This document shows, piece after piece, positions 1-9,822 of a DNA stretch of 64,000 bases (position 1 is its first letter; each line of letters opens with the position of its first letter). Under the pieces are notes generated by a model that saw only the letters and a list, made by a program, of their open reading frames with translations, was not told the DNA's origin and did no database searches. This stretch comes from an uncultured Clostridia bacterium (lineage in GTDB: Bacteria > Bacillota > Clostridia > TANB77 > CAG-508): positions 1,200,497-1,264,496 of the forward strand of contig OZ006973.1 in assembly GCA_963931085.1 (NCBI GenBank), read 5' to 3'. Made by a program: the position numbers and the translations under genes.

Positions 1-1482
1 AATTTTCTTTAGACTTTCTTCTGTTACATATTCTTTTTCACATTCTTTACAGTAGAATATTGGTATTGGAACACCCCATGTACGTTGTCTTGAGATACAC
101 CAATCATTTCTTTCTTCTACCATCTTAGTAATTCTCTCTTCACCCCAAGAAGGTATCCATTTTACTGTTTTTATAGCATCTAAAGTTTCTTTTCTAAATC
201 CATCTACTGATGCAAACCATTGACTTGTAGCTCTGAATATTACTGGGTGTTTACATCTCCAGCAATGTGGATATGAGTGATTTACTACTTCTTTTGCTAG
301 TAATAAATTATGTTCATCTAACCATTTTATTATTTCTTTATCAGATTTTGCATAATACATTCCATCAAAAGGACCAGCTCCTTCTCCTCTTTGAACACCT
401 TTGCTATCTACTAAAACTAATATATCACTATGTTCTTTAAGTCCTAATAAATAGTCTTCTTTACCATAACTTGGTGCACAGTGTACACAACCTGTACCTG
501 TTCCAAGTTCTACATCTACAGTATCTTCACTTCCTGTTACAACTTTTGATTCTCTATCTAAGAATGGATGCCTACATACAACTCCTCTTAAATCTTCACC
601 TTTTATTGTATCTATTATTTCATAATCTTTTATTTCTGCTTTTTCCATTACTGTAGAAACTAAATCTTTCGCAAATACTAATTTTTCATTTCCAGTTTTA
701 ACTACTGCATAATCAAAATCAGCTCCAACTGCTATCATAGTGTTTCCAGGCAATGTCCAAGGTGTTGTTGTCCATATTACAACATATGCATTTTCTATAT
801 CAAATAATCCTTTTGAATCTAAAACTGGGAACTTAACATATGCTGTATTTGAATTTACATCTTTATATTCTATTTCTGCTTCTGCTAATGCAGTTTCGCA
901 ATCAGTACACCAATATACTGGTTTTAATCCTTTATAAATATAACCTTTTTTATACATAGTTCCAAATACATTTATTTGTCTTGCTTCCATTTCTGGTTGA
1001 TATGTTATATAAGGATGTTTCCAGTCTCCAAGAACTCCAAGCCTTTTAAATCCTTCTGTTTGTTTATCTTTATATTCCATAGTAAATTTTTTACATGTAT
1101 CTCTAAATTCATTTACTGGGATTTCATCTCTATTTAATCCTAAAGCTTGTATTGCCTTTTTCTCTGTTGGCATACCATGTGTATCATATCCTGGGATATA
1201 TGGTGTATAAAATCCTTTTAGATTTTTATATCTTACTATCGTATCTTTTAATACTTTATTTAACGCATGTCCTATGTGTATTTCACCATTTGCATATGGT
1301 GGTCCATCATGTAATACAAATGGAGTATTTCCTTCATTTTTCTTTAACATTTTTTCATACAAATCATTTTCAAATACTTCATTTAATATTTTTGGCTCTT
1401 TTTCTGGTAAGCTTGCTCTCATTTGAAAATCTGTTTTTGGTAAATTCAATGTTTTACCATAGTCTACTTTTTCTTCTGACAT
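1..1482 (-). CDS. ileS: isoleucyl-tRNA synthetase, N-terminal ~494 aa; the gene continues past the window's left edge
   Basis: I translated the minus strand codon by codon from the ATG at 1482. It reads MSEEKVDYGKTLNLPKTDFQMRASLP and continues with the class I HIGH motif (PYANGEIHIGHAL), WCISRQRTWGVPIP and the CP1 region with no interruption. An Ile T-box leader lies upstream. Confidence 0.9.
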   Translation of the reverse strand, partial: MSEEKVDYGKTLNLPKTDFQMRASLPEKEPKILNEVFENDLYEKMLKKNEGNTPFVLHDGPPYANGEIHIGHALNKVLKDTIVRYKNLKGFYTPYIPGYDTHGMPTEKKAIQALGLNRDEIPVNEFRDTCKKFTMEYKDKQTEGFKRLGVLGDWKHPYITYQPEMEARQINVFGTMYKKGYIYKGLKPVYWCTDCETALAEAEIEYKDVNSNTAYVKFPVLDSKGLFDIENAYVVIWTTTPWTLPGNTMIAVGADFDYAVVKTGNEKLVFAKDLVSTVMEKAEIKDYEIIDTIKGEDLRGVVCRHPFLDRESKVVTGSEDTVDVELGTGTGCVHCAPSYGKEDYLLGLKEHSDILVLVDSKGVQRGEGAGPFDGMYYAKSDKEIIKWLDEHNLLLAKEVVNHSYPHCWRCKHPVIFRATSQWFASVDGFRKETLDAIKTVKWIPSWGEERITKMVEERNDWCISRQRTWGVPIPIFYCKECEKEYVTEESLKKI

Positions 1483-1503
1483 ATTTTTCCCTCCTAAATT
1501 TTA

Positions 1504-1983
1504 TTATATGTATATTATTTTATTTTTGTTTGCTTCAATATATTTAATTAAATCTTGAGACTTAATTAATACTGTTTTTGTATTTACTCCAGGATGTACT
1601 CCTAAAACATCTTCTTTTAATAAATCTTTATCAAAAATAACTTCTACATCAGCATCTTTGTCAAATAATATGGCAAGTGGTGTTACTGCACCTTTTTCAA
1701 CATTTAAATACTTTTTTAATCTTTCTTCTGATGCAAAACTTAATCTTGTTGATTCAATTTTATCAGGAAGTTCTGATAAATTTGCTGTTTTATCTTCTCT
1801 TAAAACATATAAGAAATGTCTTTTCCCTTTTTGATCTCTTAAAAATAAATTCTTACAAATACATGCTCCGTTAAAAAAATCTTTTCCAAGTCTGTCCATT
1901 TCTTCAATTGTATATACCGGGATATGATTTTTAATCTCATATTTAATATTTAATTCTTTTAGTTTAGCTAGTATCTCTTCCAT
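1504..1983 (-). CDS. YbaK/ProX-family aminoacyl-tRNA trans-editing deacylase, co-transcribed upstream of ileS
   Basis: 160-aa ORF with RBS GGAAGTGAG before the ATG at 1983. Its size and sequence are consistent with the Cys-tRNA(Pro)/YbaK deacylase fold. A 20-nt gap separates it from the ileS start, and it sits immediately downstream of the T-box terminator. Confidence 0.55.
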   Translation of the reverse strand: MEEILAKLKELNIKYEIKNHIPVYTIEEMDRLGKDFFNGACICKNLFLRDQKGKRHFLYVLREDKTANLSELPDKIESTRLSFASEERLKKYLNVEKGAVTPLAILFDKDADVEVIFDKDLLKEDVLGVHPGVNTKTVLIKSQDLIKYIEANKNKIIYI

Positions 1984-2035
1984 TTTCTCACTTCCTAACA
2001 AAAAAATTTATATTTTAAAAATCATATAGATAGAT

Positions 2036-2340
2036 AAAAAAAAAGAGCTATTCATCTATAGGACGAATAGCTCGTGGTACCACCTAAATTAATAATATTA
2101 ATCTTATGCTATAAATAAATACATATAATATAATATATTTTGAAATAAATTCATTATATTAAGATCAAATATTATTCACTCTAAATCCTGTAACATAGAA
2201 TCACTCGTCTTTAATTACTAAAAAATATTCTATATTTTCTTTTCACTAAAGCAATTCAAAGGTGATAATAAATACTATACTTATTCTACTGGATTTTCAG
2301 CTACCTCCAGCTCTCTTATTAGACTTTTTAGTATTTATCT
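2036..2340 (-). promoter_or_regulatory. T-box riboswitch leader, probable Ile specifier, controlling the ybaK-like/ileS operon
   Basis: The minus-strand RNA contains the conserved T-box AGGUGGUACCACG at 2072-2088. It overlaps an intrinsic terminator, GAGCUAUUCGUCC-loop-GGACGAAUAGCUC followed by U9, at 2036-2072. Stem I upstream has an AGAGAG element, a GCUGA kink-turn-like motif and an AUC-A specifier candidate. Confidence 0.8.
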
Positions 2341-2422
2341 TGTCCTTATCAAAATCTTTTACAAATATATTTGGTATTTTATCATGTTTTTATTTTATAT
2401 TCAAGTAATAAGGCTTATTTTT

Positions 2423-2451
2423 TTGATTTTTTTGCAAAAAAATGTTATAAT
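2423..2451 (+). promoter_or_regulatory. sigma-A-like promoter (TTGATT-17-TATAAT) in front of the GC-rich 88-aa gene
   Basis: TTGATT at 2423-2428, a 17-nt spacer, TATAAT at 2446-2451, about 50 nt upstream of the ATG at 2505. Confidence 0.4.
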
Positions 2452-2504
2452 TACTATAGTTCCAGCAATACCGCTGAACAATAAACGCAGAAAGGACGAT
2501 CGAA

Positions 2505-2771
2505 ATGGCTAAGAAAAAAGTTTTTCGGGTAATAGGAGTGTTTAAGGCAGAGGAAACGATGCCTGTGATGCTTAAGGTGGCAGATCATGCCCCGAGCAAA
2601 GACACGATTCGTCTCATGATGGGGCTTCGCATTCAGGATCGGAAGAAGAAGATTCCGTACGAAGAGTGCGCGCTCCGCAGGATTCAGGTTGACTTCCGGA
2701 ACGAGGAGGCGGCTCGCGAGTGCCGAGAGGCACTGAAACCCTTCCTCGTCAAGGACAGTAGCGATTTCTAA
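2505..2771 (+). CDS. hypothetical 88-aa protein encoded in a GC-rich (>50 percent GC) islet; no recognizable family
   Basis: Complete ORF with RBS GAAAGGA 8 nt before the ATG and its own rho-independent terminator. The composition differs sharply from the ~25 percent GC flanks. It uses CGG in-frame three times (FRV, DRK, FRN). Confidence 0.6.
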   Translation: MAKKKVFRVIGVFKAEETMPVMLKVADHAPSKDTIRLMMGLRIQDRKKKIPYEECALRRIQVDFRNEEAARECREALKPFLVKDSSDF

Positions 2772-2797
2772 GGGCTAACCCCCGAAAGACATCGTCC

Positions 2798-2839
2798 CCT
2801 CGCACTGGCTCATGCCGGTGCGAGGCTTCTTTTTTTTTT
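2798..2839 (+). terminator. rho-independent terminator of the 88-aa islet gene
   Basis: CCTCGCAC-loop-GTGCGAGG stem followed by T11. Confidence 0.7.
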
Positions 2840-2973
2840 ACTTAATTTACTTATTTTATTTACATTATTTAAATATATAATTAATTATTTTGTTCTGTTA
2901 TAAGTACATTTAAAATAAGATAAATAAAATAGATAAATAAAATAAATAAATTAATTAATTAATAAAAGAAAAA

Positions 2974-2995
2974 AGACATAGCTTGCTATGTCTTT
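2974..2995. terminator. bidirectional hairpin terminator downstream of hup
   Basis: AGACATAG-CTTG-CTATGTCT palindrome flanked by A-run and T-run. Confidence 0.6.
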
Positions 2996-3030
2996 TTATA
3001 TGAATTCATATAATTTTTATATAATTCTTC

Positions 3031-3309
3031 TTATTTTTTATTTACTAAATCTTTTAATGCTTTACCAGCTTTGAATACTGGAGCTTTTGATGCAGGTATT
3101 TTAATTTCTTCTTTTGTTTGTGGATTTCTTCCTTTTCTAGCTGCTCTTTTTCTAACTTCAAAAGAACCAAATCCAACTAATTGAACTTTGTCTCCTTTTG
3201 CTAATGCTTCTGTAACAACATCTACGAAAGAATTGATTGTTGCTTCAGCATTTTTCTTTGTTTCTCCTGTTTGTGCAGCTACTGCTGCGATTAATTCAGC
3301 TTTGTTCAT
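3031..3309 (-). CDS. hup: DNA-binding protein HU
   Basis: 92 aa. [11 protein letters not shown]...[27 protein letters not shown] is the canonical HU/IHF fold signature. Confidence 0.95.
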   Translation of the reverse strand: MNKAELIAAVAAQTGETKKNAEATINSFVDVVTEALAKGDKVQLVGFGSFEVRKRAARKGRNPQTKEEIKIPASKAPVFKAGKALKDLVNKK

Positions 3310-3479
3310 CTTCTTACCTCCTAATAGATTCTAGTTATATTTTTATGTAGAATTCACATCTACAATAAGATTATTCGCCAAAGTTAGCTAAAATCCTTCT
3401 TTTTTTTTATTTTTTTCAAGTTTTTCAGTATTTCTACATATTTTACTTCTTAAACTCCTTTAAACTCAAGGCTTTCAGC

Positions 3480-5114
3480 TTATGCATAAATTTTTAATTT
3501 TACTAATAAATTATATATTTTTTCTCCTTTTGGAAGCATTAATATATCTGTTTTTGAAAAGATTTTTAATAAAATAACTGAAATTGCATAAACAATTATC
3601 GCAACTATTATAGCAATTATTGTTGCAAGTCTTATGCTAGATGCTATATTTATAACTAATAAATAAGATATATATGAGAATATCATCATTATTATAGTAG
3701 CTAAAACTGGTCTTATCATTAATCTATGCAATTTAAACTGTAATTTTACTGTTTTTCTTAATGTATAATAAACTATTGAAAAAGATACTATGTGACATAG
3801 TACAGATCCGATTGCTGCACCATTTGCGTATATTCCATCTATTGGTATTAATATTAAATTAGCAATAAGTTTTACTATTACACCACATCCTAATGCAATA
3901 GCTGGAACTTTAACTTTTCCAAGTCCTTGTAATGCTCCATTAATAGTTTGAGCTAAAGCTGTAAAAAATATTGTTAATGCAGAAATTGCAAGAAGCATAG
4001 CACCAGCACTTTCTGCCGGGAATAATAAATTAAGTATCCCATCTGCATACACAAGCATACCTATTGTACAAGGAAGTCCTATTAATAGTGTAACTAATAA
4101 AGAAAAAGATATTCTATTATTTATAGTTTCTTTATCATTTTTTACTCTTGCTGCAGATATAGCTGGAACTAAAGCTGTAGCAAAAGCAATATTAAATGCA
4201 AGTGGCATTGATGTTAATATATCCACTTTTCCACTTAATATACCATATAATTCATTTGCTTTTTCACCAATTTTTGGCTTAAGTAATCTTACTACTGTAA
4301 AAGAATCAATATTTTTGTTAATTGAAGACAAAATTGAACTTATAGAAATTGGTATTGAAACACCTAATATTTTCTTTACTATCGTTTTAACAGATCCTTT
4401 TTCTGTCAACACTCCGACTTCATTTTCAACATTAATTTCCTTTCTTGCGATTTTATAAAATCTAAATAAATATATAAAACTTAATATTGTTGCTAAACTT
4501 GTAGCAATAGTTGCAAATGTTGCCATAACGACTGTATTTTGATTAGTCATAAATACTGCTAGTTCTACTAAAGCAACTGTTAAAATCGTTTTAAATACTT
4601 GTTCGAAAGTTTGTGATTTTGAAGTAGCTTCCATTTCTTGTCTTCCATTAAAATATCCCCTCATAACAGAAGAAATTGATACAAAAAATATTGCTGGTGA
4701 TAATGTTTTAATTGTAAATTCTGCTTCTGGAACATATAAAAAATTATTTGCAATAATATTAGCTCCAAAAAATAAAAATAATGTACCAATAAATCCTATT
4801 ACAGCAAATGTTGCAAAAGCTATTCTAAATATTCTTTGAGCTCCTTTATTATCTCCAAGTGCAAGTCTTTCTGAAATAAGTTTTGCTATTGCATTTGGAA
4901 CTCCTATTGAAGATATTGCAAGAAGAAGTGCATATATATGATAACCATTCATATATATTGAATTTCCTTTATCTCCAAATCCTTCTCTATTTGTTAAATA
5001 TAATGTTTGTATAAGTCCAAATATCTTTATTAATACTTGTGAAAACATAAGAGCAAGTATACCTTGAATAAAGGTTTCTTTCTTCACTTTTTTCTTTTCT
5101 TTGGTCAAAGTCAT
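3480..5114 (-). CDS. MOP-superfamily polysaccharide/lipid-II flippase, SpoVB/MurJ-like (stage V sporulation protein B-like)
   Basis: ~544 aa with about 14 predicted TM helices and a Wzx/MurJ-like topology. RBS AAGAGGA precedes the second ATG (MTLTKEKKK). The position upstream of hup matches the Clostridial spoVB neighbourhood. Confidence 0.65.
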   Translation of the reverse strand: MTLTKEKKKVKKETFIQGILALMFSQVLIKIFGLIQTLYLTNREGFGDKGNSIYMNGYHIYALLLAISSIGVPNAIAKLISERLALGDNKGAQRIFRIAFATFAVIGFIGTLFLFFGANIIANNFLYVPEAEFTIKTLSPAIFFVSISSVMRGYFNGRQEMEATSKSQTFEQVFKTILTVALVELAVFMTNQNTVVMATFATIATSLATILSFIYLFRFYKIARKEINVENEVGVLTEKGSVKTIVKKILGVSIPISISSILSSINKNIDSFTVVRLLKPKIGEKANELYGILSGKVDILTSMPLAFNIAFATALVPAISAARVKNDKETINNRISFSLLVTLLIGLPCTIGMLVYADGILNLLFPAESAGAMLLAISALTIFFTALAQTINGALQGLGKVKVPAIALGCGVIVKLIANLILIPIDGIYANGAAIGSVLCHIVSFSIVYYTLRKTVKLQFKLHRLMIRPVLATIIMMIFSYISYLLVINIASSIRLATIIAIIVAIIVYAISVILLKIFSKTDILMLPKGEKIYNLLVKLKIYA

Positions 5115-5466
5115 ATTATTCCTCTTTCCTATCATTTTTCTTTTAATTTAAATATTTTAAAATAATTTAACCTTTTATTTTTATTTCTCAATACTAATAT
5201 AGTTTAATATATTTTTTTCTAAATTACAATCTTTATTGCCCTATTTATGATTTTAATGTTATTTTCTTTTAAATTTTAATTAATTTTATTTCTTTAAGAT
5301 CTAATATATTCCTTAATTAATACATTTTGTCCTAAATAATAAAATATCTTTTTATATGCTACTTAAATACTTCTTATTTAATATATTATTTTACAAAAAA
5401 GTATTGTATTTTTGCCTTTTTTGTAGGATAATATATATGTATATTTTTATATAAAGGTGGAGAAAA

Positions 5467-7866
5467 ATGATTACTTGGATAACTAGTTTCTTTTGGAAAT
5501 ATGTTGATAAATTTTTAAAAATAATAAAAACTGATAGAAATACTTTTTTTACATATGTACTGACGCTCATTTCTTTTTATTTATGTATAGATAGAATTGT
5601 TGAAGTATTATTTATGTGCTTTACAGGTATTTCAGTAGACTATTGGGGGCCTTTTACTTATACATTTGCATTAGCTTGTCCTGTATTTGCATTTCTATTT
5701 TCAGGAGGCTCTAAATTTGCATCTGATGATGGTAAAAAATTCTCATTGTTTTCAATGTATTGTATAGCACTTTATATAATTGGTATTTCAATGTTAGTTC
5801 AGTGGCTTAACAAATTATGTTGGATATTATTATTCTCTGTTCCAAATTACAACGGAATAGTAATGAATTTTATGGATTTGATAAGACCAGCATTTACAGC
5901 TCTTGCATGTTATGTTCCACTTATGACATTTTATCCATTCTTCAAAAAGATGTATACAAGCTTTGCTGATACAAAAGATATCAGAGATTCTATTGCAGAT
6001 TATAATGGTATAGATTTATCTGACACAAAAGAAGGATGGGGACCATATACATGCGAAATGTTCATATGTAAAGATGGTGAGACTGGTAAAACTATAAAAA
6101 TACCTGAATGTAGAAGGTTTGAGTCAACACTTATTGTTGGTACTTCAGGTTCCGGAAAAACTACAATGGCATTTGAACCAATGATTGCAAGAGATATTGA
6201 AAGGAAATATTTCTTAAGAGAAAGTTCAAAAGAACTTGGATTTACAGCATTAAGGACGGGGCTTGCAACTGTTGCAAAACCATATACTAATGATTATATG
6301 AACACAAATTTTTCATTAAATATGCTTACTGTTTCTCCTGGAAAAGAAAAACTTTTTAATGCATATTTGAAAAATCTTGTATACTTTTCTTCTGGAACAA
6401 AAACTATATACAAAAATTTAGGTATAACATATGTTGCACCAGATTTTGAATCTGTTTCACACATTATGGAAGTATTAGATAATTATGGTATGAGATACAA
6501 TTTAGTAGATCCAGCAGATGAAAATTCAGTTGGTCTTAACCCATTTGTATTCACTGATCCTGTAAAAACTGCTTTAGCAATTTCAGCTGTATTAAAAAGA
6601 ATGTATGAAACAAATAATGTAACACCAGAAGAAGCATTTATGCAAAATATAACTGCTCAAGCTATTGAGAACTTATCATTATTATTAAAAGAAATATATC
6701 CTGCATTAAATGAAGGAGCTCTTCCAAACTTAGAAGATTTACTTAGAATGTTAAATAACTTTGATTTAGTTGAAGGTTTCTGTGAAGAATTAAAGAAAAC
6801 TCCAGAACTAGCAGAAAAATATGCTATACTTTTAACATACTTTAAAAATAACTTTTATAAAGATTCTCGTGGTAGACAAGATACTGAAAAAGCTCTTCAA
6901 GCAGCAAGTTCACAACTTGAAAATTTATTAAGATTTCCTGGTGTAAGAAATATCTTATGTAATAGAACAAATAATATAAATTTTGATAAAGCTTTAGAAA
7001 ATGGTGAAATTACTCTTATATGTACAAGACGTGGTGACTTAGGATCTGCTGTAAATAAAGCATTTGGTTTATTTACATTATTACTAATGCAACATTCAGT
7101 AATATCAAGACCTGGTAATGAAAAAACTAGAATTCCACATTTCTTATATATAGATGAATTTCCTCCATTTGTATGTAAAGCAACTGAAGATTTCTTTACT
7201 CTATTTAGAAAATATAGAGTTGGATTAATTATATCTGCTCAGAACTTATCACAATTTGGTACAGAAAATGGTGAAAATTATAGACAAACTATTTTAGCTA
7301 ACTGTACTACAAAAATTGTTTTCGGTAATAATACACCTGAAGATAATAAATGGTGGGAAGAAGAATTTGGAGATAAAAGAGAGTGGCAATTTAGTAATAC
7401 TTATAATACAGATACAATGGAATATGATGCAAAATATGGTAGCATCAAATGGGCTTGGACAAAAAACTTCAAAGCTGGAAAAGTTCAGTCACAAAAGTTT
7501 AAAGCTATTATTTATAAAACAAGAGATATTAAAGGAAAAATGCTTGTTGGTAAAGGAAAATTAGATTTTCTAGAATCAAAATATAAAGAAAAACATCCAA
7601 CAAAAGTTTATAACTTTATAAAATATACATCTAACGCTATTCAAGGAGACCAAATAGAAGAACAAAAAGATTCAGTTACATTTAGCGGAAAATTAAAATC
7701 TTTCTTAAATCCAAAATTTATCCCTGGTGAATTTGATGAAAATGATCCTATTCAATATAATACAACAGATATGAAATATTTCTTTGAAAATGATGATGCA
7801 ATAAGCTTTAATTTATCAAATGATAATAGTCAAAATAGCGAAGATGAAAATAACAATAATGTTTAG
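5467..7866 (+). CDS. membrane-anchored type IV secretion coupling-protein-like ATPase (VirD4/TraG/TraD family), orphan
   Basis: 799 aa. N-terminal TM helices; Walker A LIVGTSGSGKTT; Walker B FLYIDEFPPF about 315 aa downstream, the long spacing typical of the T4CP all-alpha-domain insertion; ISAQNLSQF resembles the TraG Q-motif. RBS AAAGGTGGAG. Confidence 0.55.
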   Translation: MITWITSFFWKYVDKFLKIIKTDRNTFFTYVLTLISFYLCIDRIVEVLFMCFTGISVDYWGPFTYTFALACPVFAFLFSGGSKFASDDGKKFSLFSMYCIALYIIGISMLVQWLNKLCWILLFSVPNYNGIVMNFMDLIRPAFTALACYVPLMTFYPFFKKMYTSFADTKDIRDSIADYNGIDLSDTKEGWGPYTCEMFICKDGETGKTIKIPECRRFESTLIVGTSGSGKTTMAFEPMIARDIERKYFLRESSKELGFTALRTGLATVAKPYTNDYMNTNFSLNMLTVSPGKEKLFNAYLKNLVYFSSGTKTIYKNLGITYVAPDFESVSHIMEVLDNYGMRYNLVDPADENSVGLNPFVFTDPVKTALAISAVLKRMYETNNVTPEEAFMQNITAQAIENLSLLLKEIYPALNEGALPNLEDLLRMLNNFDLVEGFCEELKKTPELAEKYAILLTYFKNNFYKDSRGRQDTEKALQAASSQLENLLRFPGVRNILCNRTNNINFDKALENGEITLICTRRGDLGSAVNKAFGLFTLLLMQHSVISRPGNEKTRIPHFLYIDEFPPFVCKATEDFFTLFRKYRVGLIISAQNLSQFGTENGENYRQTILANCTTKIVFGNNTPEDNKWWEEEFGDKREWQFSNTYNTDTMEYDAKYGSIKWAWTKNFKAGKVQSQKFKAIIYKTRDIKGKMLVGKGKLDFLESKYKEKHPTKVYNFIKYTSNAIQGDQIEEQKDSVTFSGKLKSFLNPKFIPGEFDENDPIQYNTTDMKYFFENDDAISFNLSNDNSQNSEDENNNNV

Positions 7867-7950
7867 TTAAAAATAATAAAAAGAAACTTTCATTTAAATT
7901 ATGAAAGTTTCTTTTTTGTTTGTTATAAATAAAACTTTTATCTATATAAT

Positions 7951-8250
7951 TTAATCTACATTTACTACTACATTTTCTTCTTTACTCTCTACTTCATTAT
8001 TGTTAGAGATATTTTCTTCTGTTTCAATTGTTTCATCTACTACGTTAGTTTCTTTTGTTTCTTCTTTCTCTTCTTCAACTAATTCATTATTTTTCGTAAT
8101 AATGTTTTGAGTCATTTGATCAATTTTTTCATCATTTCTTTTATTAGTTATAATTATCATAATATCTGCAATTAATATCAAAATTAACACAACTGATATT
8201 ACAATAATACCTAAATTTATACTAATCTTTTTAGTATTCTTATCTTCCAT
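7951..8250 (-). CDS. small membrane-anchored acidic protein, hypothetical
   Basis: 99 aa with RBS GAGGAGATAAT, one TM helix, and a Glu/Asn-rich coiled-coil-like tail. Confidence 0.5.
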   Translation of the reverse strand: MEDKNTKKISINLGIIVISVVLILILIADIMIIITNKRNDEKIDQMTQNIITKNNELVEEEKEETKETNVVDETIETEENISNNNEVESKEENVVVNVD

Positions 8251-8279
8251 ATTATCTCCTCTACATATATAAAAATATT

Positions 8280-9215
8280 TTATCCAAGTATTTTAACATC
8301 TATATTATTCATTTTGTATTTTCCTGTTTTATCATCTGTTCCGAACTCTACAAGTGATTTATTAAGTTTAGTACTATTTTGACTTAAATCTGTTGTAAAA
8401 TATATTTTAATATTCTTTAATTCTATATTATGTGTTACTATTTCTTTAAATATTTCTATCATATGTTTTTCATCTTCTGCAACTAATATTAGTTGAGGTG
8501 GTCTTTCATATCCAGAATCAAATTGAACGAAATTTCCATAGAAATCTTCATATAGTTTCATTCTATCTACGAATCTACTTTCCCAATCTTCTTCTCTTCT
8601 TACTACATCGAATACAAAATCCATACTTGCATTATTTTTTGAAATCTTTACTCCACCATTAGCCTTAAAAGTTTTTCCAGCTTGTTTAGCAGTAATTGCT
8701 GGTTTTACGGTATAACTGTCAAAAGCTTCAACTTTTCTCATATAAGCTATAATTACTTGATTTCCAGCTAATCTCTTTTTAATCATAACTACTGGTTTTG
8801 TATTATCTGTTGGTTGCCATTTGCATTCAATATTTCTCGAATTTAATAAATATTTTCCCATCTTTTCTAAACAATAAACTCTATATATACATTTTCCATC
8901 TTCTGTGGAGAAATAATATCTTGTTAATATCTTTGTTTTAATTAATTGCTCTAATTTATTATTTAATTTATCCTGAGACTTAATATCAACATTTCTGTGA
9001 ACTAATATTTGATATATCTGTCTTGAAGTCATAAATTCAAATTCATTAACAAGCTCTAATATCTTAAAATGAATTTCAGAAATATGTCCTAAGTTAATCC
9101 TATGGATAATTTGATTAATTGAAACATATCCGTCTTTTCCGTCAAAAGTTTTAATTTCTCCTTCCTTCATCGCAAATGGTGACACTTGCGTTTTGATTTT
9201 CTCATCTTCTACCAT
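8280..9215 (-). CDS. hypothetical protein; possible winged-helix DNA-binding / replication-relaxation-like
   Basis: 311 aa with RBS AGGAGGG. No firm motif. Only its position downstream of the T4CP-like gene suggests a mobile-element origin. Confidence 0.4.
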   Translation of the reverse strand: MVEDEKIKTQVSPFAMKEGEIKTFDGKDGYVSINQIIHRINLGHISEIHFKILELVNEFEFMTSRQIYQILVHRNVDIKSQDKLNNKLEQLIKTKILTRYYFSTEDGKCIYRVYCLEKMGKYLLNSRNIECKWQPTDNTKPVVMIKKRLAGNQVIIAYMRKVEAFDSYTVKPAITAKQAGKTFKANGGVKISKNNASMDFVFDVVRREEDWESRFVDRMKLYEDFYGNFVQFDSGYERPPQLILVAEDEKHMIEIFKEIVTHNIELKNIKIYFTTDLSQNSTKLNKSLVEFGTDDKTGKYKMNNIDVKILG

Positions 9216-9249
9216 TTTAATTCCCTCCTATTTAAATTATTATTTAGGT

Positions 9250-9762
9250 TTAAATAATTAACAATTTGATTTTCTTTTTGTCTTTAACAATTTTCTTGAT
9301 AAAAACATCTACAGTTTGACCATACTCATAACCATCTTTATATTCTGCAAGTCCTACTAAGTTAGGTCTTAACTCTATAAAGATACCATTTCCTTTCTTT
9401 TCTGTTTCTCTGACAATACCTTTTACTTTAGAACCTTCTTCATAGTTTTCCACATTTTCTTCCCAAGTTCCTAGTAATTCTTTATGTGTAAGTTCAATCC
9501 TGTTCAAATCTTTGTCTACTGATTTTATCATAACATTAATCTTTTGTCCAACTGAAAATCTTTCTGCAGGACTTTTTATTCTTGATACTGAAATATCTTC
9601 TATATGAAGAAGTCCTATAACTCCTTTATCTACCTCAACAAAAGCTCCAAATGGTTTTATACTTTTAACAGTCCCTGTTAAAACTTCTCCTTGTTTTGCG
9701 CCATGCTGAATCCAATCTATTCCTTCTTCAGAAATATATTTTTTTGGAAACTTATTATTCAT
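9250..9762 (-). CDS. S1 RNA-binding domain protein (YabR/GSP13-like)
   Basis: 170 aa. GEVLTGTVKSIKPFGAFVEV...IGLLHISDI-like S1 OB-fold motif. RBS AAGGAGAG. Confidence 0.8.
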   Translation of the reverse strand: MNNKFPKKYISEEGIDWIQHGAKQGEVLTGTVKSIKPFGAFVEVDKGVIGLLHIEDISVSRIKSPAERFSVGQKINVMIKSVDKDLNRIELTHKELLGTWEENVENYEEGSKVKGIVRETEKKGNGIFIELRPNLVGLAEYKDGYEYGQTVDVFIKKIVKDKKKIKLLII

Positions 9763-9822
9763 TTTTTTCTCTCCTTATCTTTTGTAAATCTTTTGTATTT
9801 TCATACCTAATTTATTTTATCA

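Noticed and set aside
471-1547. Plus-strand ORFs 471-656, 740-937, 1152-1547 in the ORF track
   Set aside because: They lie antisense inside the verified ileS reading frame. They are hydrophobic, low-complexity translations typical of antisense AT-rich DNA, with no RBS.
2846-2972. AT-only imperfect inverted repeats (TTATTTTATTTACATTATTTAAAT / AAATAAGATAAATAAAATAGATAAATAAAATAAAT)
   Set aside because: Low-complexity AT-rich intergenic sequence between the islet terminator and the hup terminator. Symmetry at this composition is expected by chance, and there is no coding or structured-RNA signature.
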